Shown one piece after another: positions 9,652-17,376 of a DNA stretch of 20,770 nt (position 1 is the stretch's first letter; the number at the start of each line of letters is the position of its first letter). The notes below the pieces were generated by a model. The model did not search any database, had not been told where the DNA came from, and worked only from the letters and a program-made list of their open reading frames with translations. Source of the stretch: Sulfurospirillaceae bacterium. GTDB taxonomy: Bacteria > Campylobacterota > Campylobacteria > Campylobacterales > Sulfurospirillaceae. Made by a program: the position numbers and the translations under genes. The DNA lies in assembly GCA_033723415.1 (NCBI GenBank), contig JAWVXD010000014.1, positions 1 to 20,770 on the forward strand. Direction: 5' to 3'.

Positions 9652-10344
9652 ATGACAAAAAATCTTTTGATCCTCAAAAATAAAACTGTTCTATTTGCCG
9701 ATGATGACGCTATCACTCAAGCATATATGGTAGATATATTGACAATGATTTTTGAGAAGGTATATTCTGCAAACGATGGAGAAGAAGCTTATAGACTCTA
9801 TGAAGACAAAGTTCCTGACATTGTCTTAACAGACATAAAAATGCCGAATGTAGATGGACTTAGCCTAATTAAAAAGATACGGAAGAACAACTATAATACT
9901 CCTATAATATTATTGACAAGTTTTGCAGATAAAGAGTTTCTCTTAGATGCCAGTAATCTCTCTGTGGATGGCTATCTTGTAAAACCTGTAGCACTAGAAA
10001 AGTTAACGAAAGCACTCTGCAAAGCTATACAGAGGACCCTTAAAAACATGGAATTGATTTCATTAGGTAAAGAGCTTTATTACAATTCAGCTACAAAAGA
10101 GCTTTATTTTAAAAAAAACTTGATCACATTAGGAGTCAAAGAACACCAATTACTCTCGCTATTAATAGAAAACCGTCATCGAACAGTTACAAAAAAAGAG
10201 CTAATTGAAGAACTATGGCCACTTGATGAAGTCAGTTCCTCAGCATTAAAAAAACTCATCCTCAGAATTCGACATAAAATGAAAATAAATATTATAATCT
10301 CAGTTAGGGGAATTGGTTATCGATTAGATATTGGTGAATCATAG
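9652..10344 (+). CDS. OmpR/PhoB-family DNA-binding response regulator (REC + winged helix)
   Basis: FADDD acidic pocket, phosphoacceptor in LTDIKMP, LTS and VKPV. The C-terminus (KKELIEELW ... ILRIRHKM ... ISVRGIGYRL) is a winged-helix signature. The stop is 2 nt before the kinase start. Confidence 0.95.
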   Translation: MTKNLLILKNKTVLFADDDAITQAYMVDILTMIFEKVYSANDGEEAYRLYEDKVPDIVLTDIKMPNVDGLSLIKKIRKNNYNTPIILLTSFADKEFLLDASNLSVDGYLVKPVALEKLTKALCKAIQRTLKNMELISLGKELYYNSATKELYFKKNLITLGVKEHQLLSLLIENRHRTVTKKELIEELWPLDEVSSSALKKLILRIRHKMKINIIISVRGIGYRLDIGES

Positions 10345-10346
10345 AT

Positions 10347-13300
10347 ATGAAATTCTATCTTTTACTGTTTTTGTTCTTAGTTCTTGCAAATTCAGTATTT
10401 GCATCTCAGATGAATACTAGTGCCCATATGCCTATCATGCATTTATCTGATATAACACTTTTTCCAATATTTTTGGGCTGTTTTATAAGTCTATTTTCTT
10501 ATCATATTATTCAATATTTTTTAAAAAAAGAAAAAATATATTTATTATATTCCCTCTATTCATCGCTTTTCTCTCTGTTCATAATATCAGAGCAAGGATA
10601 TCTCTCTGCAATTAGCCAAATATATGCCCAATTACACTACATTATCAAATTTGCAAGCCTACAAATGGCTTTTATACTATTAATGTCTCTATCAATCAAT
10701 CTTCTAGATCTCAAAAAAAATGCTCCTAAGATTGCTAACTACGCAATGAATCTTGTATGGGCAGGGATATTACTATATCTGCCCATATTTGTTGGAATTT
10801 CTGAATCCACTTGTACAAAAATTTTTATTGCATTTGCAACATTTATTTGCATTTTAATAGGTTTTTATGCTCTCTATCGCAAACATCCATTGTCTAAAAT
10901 ATATCTTTTAGCTTTGTTTGGTTTTTTTGTTAGTTTAGTACTTTATTCTTATTTTGATTCATCTATACTACTGGGTTTTATTTGGGCAATGATTTTGCTC
11001 GCATCAGCAGTAGAGGAAAAAACAAATCATTCATTGAGAAAAAATCAAACAGAGAATAAAATGTTATATTTACAATCAAGATATGCTTATATGGGTGAAA
11101 CTATAGGAAACATTGCTCACCAATGGAAACAACCCCTAAATGCCATAGGAGCTATTCAAAATAAAATTAAAGCAGCACTTATCTTTCAAGGGAATATTCC
11201 TAAAGATAAACTTTTGGACTCTGTAGAAACCAGCTTTAAATTACTGCAACATCTAGCCGGAACAATCGATACCTTCTATAGTTTTTTAGCCCCTAAAAAT
11301 AGTCTCAAAAGCAGTTTTCTCATAAGCGACGTATTTGAAACGATCAGAAAAATAACAGAATACTCATTTCAAAACAATAATATTCAACTTATACTTGAGG
11401 CTCATTCCAATCCAACGATTGAGGGTGATGCAAACGAGTTTACTCATGCTATGCTTAATCTCATCCTCAATGCCAAAGATGCACTTGATAATTTTAAACC
11501 CGAAACACCGACTATAACAGTCAAGGTCATAGAGAAAGATAAGACATGTATGATATTTGTCTCAGATAATGCCGGCGGTATCAGTATGGAACCTATAAAT
11601 AAAGTATTTGACTGGCACATAAGTTCAAAAACAGATGGTTCCGGTGTGGGACTGTATATGACAAAAAATATTATTGAAAAACGGTTTGGAGGGACAATAA
11701 GCGTAGAAAATAGAGATAATGGAGCTCACTTTATTATAGAGTTGCCATATGCTGAATATGGAGAATATTTCAGTACTGAAAATGATAAAGAGAGACTAAG
11801 TCTAGAACATATCAATCAACTTAGTAAAAAAATCATCGAACTGGAAGAACTTGAAAAAACACTCAAGAAATGGGCGGATCTTTTTGAACATGCGCGTTGG
11901 GCAATTACAATACGCCTCGCTGAGAGTAATACTCTGGAAATGACTAATCCCGCTTTTAATACTCTCTACGGTTACACATCCGAAGAATTAAAAAACATCA
12001 CTGTTCCTGATCTTTTTGCACATAAGAACTTAGATATTGTACCAATAAAGCAAAAAGAAGCTTTTGAGAACGGTTATGCCGTATTTGAAGCGATACAAAA
12101 ACGAAAAGACGGCTCTTTATTTCCTGCATCCATTGAGCTGATAGTCATTAAAGATGCTCATGGCGAAACGTTGTACAACATTGCCAATATTTGGGATTTA
12201 ACCGAAGAAAAAGAGGCGGAAGAGAGACTCAAACTCAAAAAATTTGCTATCGATAACATTCAAGAAGCGGTATTTATGTCAGATGAACATGGTAAATTTG
12301 CTTATGTGAACGATAAGGCTTGCCGCGCTCTTGGTTATAGCAGGGAAGAGTTACTTGCAATGGGCGTATCGGATATCAACCCGGATTGGCCAAAAGAGCG
12401 CTGGAGCGAATTTTGGGGTGTGCTAAAAGAGAAGAAAACCGTACTCCTAGAAGCAGTGCATAAACGTCGTGACGGGACACTCTTTCCTGTTGAAGTCAGA
12501 ACAAATTATTTTGAATATGACGGGATGGGCTACAATCTCTCTTTTGCCGAAGATATTACAGAGCGTAAAGCTGCCCAAAAAGACCTTCTTCTCCTTAACA
12601 AGGCGCTCAATAACACCAATGAAGCAACTTATATTACACTGGGTGAAAAAATCGTTCAGGTTAATGACGGTGCATGTAAAATGTTAGGATACAGCAAAAA
12701 AGAATTTACGTCTATGCATCTTTACGAGATAGATAAAAATATAATACCTGGGACTTTAGAAGATTTTAGAAAGAATCTACAAAATAAAAATATAAATCAT
12801 TTTGAAAGAAAGCACTATACAAAAGACGGGCGAGTTCTTGATGTAGAGATAGATACGAGCGTATTTGAGTACGATGGTATTACCTACGCTTTCTCATCAG
12901 TCAGAGATATTACCGAGCAGAAAAAAGCGCGTGAAGAGCTTCTACTTAAAGAGTTTGCCCTCGATACAATCAATGAAGCAGTGTATCTCATCGACAAAGA
13001 TTCGATGTTTCACTATGTAAATGAAGGGGCTTGCCACGCTTTAGGCTATACTAAAGAGGAACTTCTTACGATGGGAGTTGTTGATATTGATACAGACTTG
13101 ACAACAGAATTTTGGAGTAGGCATTGGGAAAGTATCAAAAATAACAAATCAGATATTGTCTTAAGATATCACAAAAGAAAAGACGGCACGATATTTCCTA
13201 TAGAAGTGAGTGCAAACTATTTTGAGTACAACGGTGTGGAATATAATCTTGCAGTTTCAAGAGATATTACCGAGCGAATCCGACTTGAAGAGCAAAAAGA

Positions 13301-16300
13301 CAATGAACGAATGAGACTTTTCTTTGAGAGACAAATTGTGGGGATGGCTATTACTTCAGTTAAAGAGGGGTGGATACAGACAAACGATAAGCTTTGTGAG
13401 ATGCTAGGATATAGTCATGAAGAGCTTTCGCAGATAAGTTGGGTGGAGATAACCCACCCAGAAGATAGAGAGCGTGATCTTGAACTGTTCAATAAAATAT
13501 TCAGTGGTGAGATTGATGACTATACTTTAGAAAAGCGTGCTATACGAAAAAATAATGAGATTATTTATATCAATTTGGCCGTGAGTTGTGTTCGACATGA
13601 AGACGGAAGTGTTGATTATATATTGGCATTGATCGAAGATATTACTAAGCGAAAAGAGATGGAGAAAGCTTTAGTACAAAAAGAGGAAGCGTATCGTACT
13701 TTGGCCGAAAACAATCCGGACTCGATATATCGCTATGATAGAGACCACAGGCGTATTTATGTAAACCCGACCGCTTGCAGGATAGTCGGCAAGTCAGCAG
13801 AAGAGTTGATCGGCGGTACGCCTGATGACGGTGCCATTTTGGTTTCCCAGCAGAGTAAAATAGTGGATGAACAAATTGACCGAGTCTTCGCAACTGGTGA
13901 ATCGGCAGATTTTATGGTTAATTTTATCGAACAAAATGGCGAGTCTAACGACTACCACATGCTGATGGTACCAGAGTATGACGCCGAGGGTAATGTGGCG
14001 AGTGTACTAGGATTTACGCGGAATGTGACTGAGATACGAAGCCTTGAAAAGCGGCAATCGCAATACTTTGCGATGGCACCGGGTCTTTTTGCCACGGTAC
14101 TTAAAGATGTTGATGGAAATTACTCCCTGCCTTTTGTCAGCGAAGGTATCCGTGATTTGTACGGTATCGAGCCAGAAACCGCAATGGAGGATATCTTTGC
14201 ATTTGTTTCTATAGCACATCCTGACGATACGGAGATGACCTTTGTCAAAGCTGAGGAATCAGCACGAGACTTGAGCCCTTATCATGTCGAGTATCGTATC
14301 AATCATCCGTACAAAGGGATACGCTGGATCGAGTGCAATAGTATGCCGCAACGCCTACCGGACGGAAGTGTACGATGGGATGGTTTCTACCATGATATTA
14401 CCGAGCGAAAAGAGATGGAAGAAGCGCTCAAAACAAGTGAACAAAAATTCCGCACACTTATCGAAAACGCAACCGATAATATTATCCGTTACGATAAAGA
14501 AGCACGTATAACTTATATAAATCCGCAACTAGAAAAAATACTGGATGTTCCTTATGAATCAGTCCTTGGAAAAACTCCAACCCAAGACAAAACGGATAGC
14601 GTATTTACTCAATATGAACTGGAACTCAAAAAAGTGATCGCTACGGGTGAGAATGCTAACACTTACTTTACTTTCCCAGATACAGGAGATGGTGAACGCT
14701 ACCACTACATTCAAATCGTAGCCGAGCGGGATGTTGATGGTAATATTATCGGTGCTATAGCATTTGGACGAGATGTTACCGAACTCACCAATAAAACCAA
14801 TGAATTACAAAAATCTTTAGAGTTTAACGAAGGAGTTATCGCTGCCATCCCTGACCTGCTCCTTGAAGTAGCACCTAATGGTACTTATGTCGGAGTATGG
14901 GCACAAAATCCTGAGATTCTAGCAGCTCAAAGAGAGATGCTTCTGGGTAACGACTTTAAAGAGATTCTTCCTCCTGATGTCGTTATCACAGCGTTAAAAA
15001 CACTCAAAGAAGTGGATGAAAAAGGGTTTTCTCTGGGGAATACCTACAGTCTTGACCTTCCTGAGGGGAAACGATGGTTTGAACTCTCTGCAAGTAAGAA
15101 AAAATCAAGCGGAAATTATATAATTTTAGCTCGTGATATAACTGAGCGCAAGCGGATGGAAGATGAGCTAAAAGAGAGCGAAACACGTTATAAAAAGAAC
15201 AGCAACCTGCTAAAGGCAGTACTGGAAAGTTCTCCTGATATTATCACCTTTGCGCTAGATACAAACTACTGCTACATCGCATTTAATTCTAAACATGCCC
15301 ATGTCATGCAATCTCTTTGGGGCAAAGAGATTGCTATAGGTATGAATATGTTAGATGTGATTTCATACGATGACGATAGACAAGTTGCAAAAAAGAGTTT
15401 TGACAGAGCACTTGGCGGAGAGAATTTTATTAGCGAAGAGATCTATGGAGATAGTAATTTTTCACGCTCATACTGGGAAATTTTTTATGCCCCGATTGTT
15501 TCAGACAACCAAGAAATAATCGGGCTTACCTGTTTTAACATAGAGATAACCGAGCGTAAAGAGCTAGAGATTCTTTTAGAAAAAGAACGTAAATTTTTAA
15601 CAGATGCACAGAGGGTTGCAAATACGGGTAGCTGGCATCTTGATATAAAAAATGACCTTCTTTCATGGTCTGATGAAACGTATAGAATATTTGAACTCGA
15701 CAAAGAGCAGATAGATGATTTGCACAAAACATTTTATGAGTCTGTTCATCCTGATGATAGAGAGACGGTCAATGCACCTTATTTAGAATCTTTAAAAACA
15801 GGAATCCCTTACGAAATAGAACATAGGATCGTTATGAGCGACGGCAGAATCAAGTATGTTGTCGAAAGATGTGAACACATATACGATAGTGATGGAACGC
15901 CTCTATACTCAATAGGTACGGTACAAGACATTAGCGAAAGAAAAAAGATGGAAGATGCTATTCTGGCTTTAAATGAAACTCTTGAAATAAGAGTAGAAAG
16001 TCGTACTGCAAAATTGCAAGAAGCCCTTGATTTCAATAAAGGGATAGTAAATGCTGTTCCTGATTTGATGTTTGAAGTAGATAGAGATGGTAAATATCTT
16101 AATGTTTGGGCAAAAACTGAGGAGCTTCTTGCAACACAAAAAGAACTACTACTGGGCAAAAAAATCAGTGATATTCTTTCAGAAGAAGCAACCATTATTG
16201 CAATGGAAGCTATAAAAGAGTCAGATAAGAAAGGACTTTCTTTTGGTAAAACTATCAAAATTGATTTGCCACAAGGTGAACACTGGTTTGAGATATCTTC

Positions 16301-17117
16301 TTCTAAAAAAAGAGACGGAAAGTTTATTTTTATCTCTCGGGATATTACTGAGAGAAAAGTTGCCGAGATTGAACTGCGTGAACGGGAAGAGAAGTTTTAT
16401 AACCTCTTTAAGCTTAGTCCCGCAGCGGTTTCTATCACATCTCTTGAAAGAAATATCTATTTAGAAGTAAATGAAAGTTTCCTATTTCATACAAAATATA
16501 CACGTGAAGAAGTCGTAGGTCACAGCAGTGCCGAATTAGGTGTGTTTGCAAATACTAATGATAGGACAAAATTCTTTAAAAAGGTTATAAAAGATGGGAT
16601 AATTCGTGATTTTGAGTACGCATTTAAAGCCAAAGACGGAACTATAGGTTATGCTACCGCTTATGCTTCAATTATTACGCTCAAAGGAGAAAAATGCCTA
16701 CTTTCACATAGTTATGATAGAACAGGTAAAAAACTGGCAGAAGATGCACTTCGTAAAAGTGAAGAATCTTTTAGAGCTATGGTCGAAAACTCTCCTGATA
16801 TGATTATCCGCTATGACTTAAGAGGTCGTAGAACCTATGTCAATCGTGTTGCTCAATTACTTATGAACCAGCCGCTAGAAAAGATCATTGGCACTACACC
16901 GAGAAATTACTCACTACTTACTGATATAACAGAATTTGAAAAACTGTTTGCTAAAGTCATCAAAGAAGGTAAAGAGCTTGAATTTGAAGCTCTTTACAAA
17001 ATGCCAAATGGAGAAATACGATTGGTAGAACAACGTATTATCCCTGAATTTGGTACACAAGGAAAAGTAATGAGTGTTTTAGTAGTTGGACGAGATTTGT
17101 TTAATCACACGTTATAA
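10347..17117 (+). CDS. Giant membrane sensor histidine kinase: signal peptide - 7TM (7TMR-DISM-like) - HisKA - HATPase_c - 14 x PAS/PAC (2256 aa)
   Basis: Signal peptide ending ..SVFA, then seven hydrophobic segments. H-box IAHQWKQPLNAI (His258, 11118-11120), N-box NLILNAKDA, G1 DNAGGI, G2 GSGVGLYM. A coiled linker leads to 14 PAS units (about 11870-17100) that run to the stop codon. Confidence 0.93.
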   Translation: MKFYLLLFLFLVLANSVFASQMNTSAHMPIMHLSDITLFPIFLGCFISLFSYHIIQYFLKKEKIYLLYSLYSSLFSLFIISEQGYLSAISQIYAQLHYIIKFASLQMAFILLMSLSINLLDLKKNAPKIANYAMNLVWAGILLYLPIFVGISESTCTKIFIAFATFICILIGFYALYRKHPLSKIYLLALFGFFVSLVLYSYFDSSILLGFIWAMILLASAVEEKTNHSLRKNQTENKMLYLQSRYAYMGETIGNIAHQWKQPLNAIGAIQNKIKAALIFQGNIPKDKLLDSVETSFKLLQHLAGTIDTFYSFLAPKNSLKSSFLISDVFETIRKITEYSFQNNNIQLILEAHSNPTIEGDANEFTHAMLNLILNAKDALDNFKPETPTITVKVIEKDKTCMIFVSDNAGGISMEPINKVFDWHISSKTDGSGVGLYMTKNIIEKRFGGTISVENRDNGAHFIIELPYAEYGEYFSTENDKERLSLEHINQLSKKIIELEELEKTLKKWADLFEHARWAITIRLAESNTLEMTNPAFNTLYGYTSEELKNITVPDLFAHKNLDIVPIKQKEAFENGYAVFEAIQKRKDGSLFPASIELIVIKDAHGETLYNIANIWDLTEEKEAEERLKLKKFAIDNIQEAVFMSDEHGKFAYVNDKACRALGYSREELLAMGVSDINPDWPKERWSEFWGVLKEKKTVLLEAVHKRRDGTLFPVEVRTNYFEYDGMGYNLSFAEDITERKAAQKDLLLLNKALNNTNEATYITLGEKIVQVNDGACKMLGYSKKEFTSMHLYEIDKNIIPGTLEDFRKNLQNKNINHFERKHYTKDGRVLDVEIDTSVFEYDGITYAFSSVRDITEQKKAREELLLKEFALDTINEAVYLIDKDSMFHYVNEGACHALGYTKEELLTMGVVDIDTDLTTEFWSRHWESIKNNKSDIVLRYHKRKDGTIFPIEVSANYFEYNGVEYNLAVSRDITERIRLEEQKDNERMRLFFERQIVGMAITSVKEGWIQTNDKLCEMLGYSHEELSQISWVEITHPEDRERDLELFNKIFSGEIDDYTLEKRAIRKNNEIIYINLAVSCVRHEDGSVDYILALIEDITKRKEMEKALVQKEEAYRTLAENNPDSIYRYDRDHRRIYVNPTACRIVGKSAEELIGGTPDDGAILVSQQSKIVDEQIDRVFATGESADFMVNFIEQNGESNDYHMLMVPEYDAEGNVASVLGFTRNVTEIRSLEKRQSQYFAMAPGLFATVLKDVDGNYSLPFVSEGIRDLYGIEPETAMEDIFAFVSIAHPDDTEMTFVKAEESARDLSPYHVEYRINHPYKGIRWIECNSMPQRLPDGSVRWDGFYHDITERKEMEEALKTSEQKFRTLIENATDNIIRYDKEARITYINPQLEKILDVPYESVLGKTPTQDKTDSVFTQYELELKKVIATGENANTYFTFPDTGDGERYHYIQIVAERDVDGNIIGAIAFGRDVTELTNKTNELQKSLEFNEGVIAAIPDLLLEVAPNGTYVGVWAQNPEILAAQREMLLGNDFKEILPPDVVITALKTLKEVDEKGFSLGNTYSLDLPEGKRWFELSASKKKSSGNYIILARDITERKRMEDELKESETRYKKNSNLLKAVLESSPDIITFALDTNYCYIAFNSKHAHVMQSLWGKEIAIGMNMLDVISYDDDRQVAKKSFDRALGGENFISEEIYGDSNFSRSYWEIFYAPIVSDNQEIIGLTCFNIEITERKELEILLEKERKFLTDAQRVANTGSWHLDIKNDLLSWSDETYRIFELDKEQIDDLHKTFYESVHPDDRETVNAPYLESLKTGIPYEIEHRIVMSDGRIKYVVERCEHIYDSDGTPLYSIGTVQDISERKKMEDAILALNETLEIRVESRTAKLQEALDFNKGIVNAVPDLMFEVDRDGKYLNVWAKTEELLATQKELLLGKKISDILSEEATIIAMEAIKESDKKGLSFGKTIKIDLPQGEHWFEISSSKKRDGKFIFISRDITERKVAEIELREREEKFYNLFKLSPAAVSITSLERNIYLEVNESFLFHTKYTREEVVGHSSAELGVFANTNDRTKFFKKVIKDGIIRDFEYAFKAKDGTIGYATAYASIITLKGEKCLLSHSYDRTGKKLAEDALRKSEESFRAMVENSPDMIIRYDLRGRRTYVNRVAQLLMNQPLEKIIGTTPRNYSLLTDITEFEKLFAKVIKEGKELEFEALYKMPNGEIRLVEQRIIPEFGTQGKVMSVLVVGRDLFNHTL
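14394..15148 (+). repeat. Copy 2 of the 755-bp direct repeat (PAS8-9 of the kinase)
   Basis: Ungapped match to 5937-6691. Both copies begin and end in GA(T/C)AT(T/A)AC.GA.CG (DIT[E/D]R) codons. Confidence 0.93.
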
Positions 17118-17125
17118 CTATCTTA

Positions 17126-17365
17126 TCAAGTTTTAGAATATTCAAGCTTATCCGTCAATTGTTCTGTCAGATCATTTAGATGTTCGGCAGTAGTCGCAAT
17201 CTCTTCAACATTTTTTGCATTAAATGTTGACATACTATTTACTTCACTTAAAAGCTTACTTGCTTCCATAATATCATTTTTGCTTATTTTGGCATCATTG
17301 ACAAAATTGATAGTTTCATAAAAATAATTATATGAAAACATCATGGAACTTAAAGAAATATCTAT
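17126..17365 (-). pseudogene. C-terminal remnant of a methyl-accepting chemotaxis protein
   Basis: ..VNSMSTFNAKNVEEIATTAEHLNDLTEQLTDKLEYSKT matches the C-terminal methylation-helix pattern of Campylobacterota MCPs. The frame is open only about 80 codons (in-frame TAA just upstream of 17365), has no RBS, and lacks the signalling hairpin and sensor. Confidence 0.65.
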
Positions 17366-17376
17366 TTAATTGTTAT

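Noticed and set aside
3209..16464. Many 60-163 aa ORFs antisense to, or out of frame within, the two giant genes
   Set aside because: They are shadows of long coding frames with no recognisable motifs. The similar pair 6589-6783 and 15004-15186 just reflects the 755-bp duplication.
2970..17100. LOV photoreceptor or defined heme/FAD PAS assignment
   Set aside because: There is no GxNCRFLQ motif, the recurring ACxxLGY Cys is a common PAS feature, and cofactors cannot be assigned by eye.
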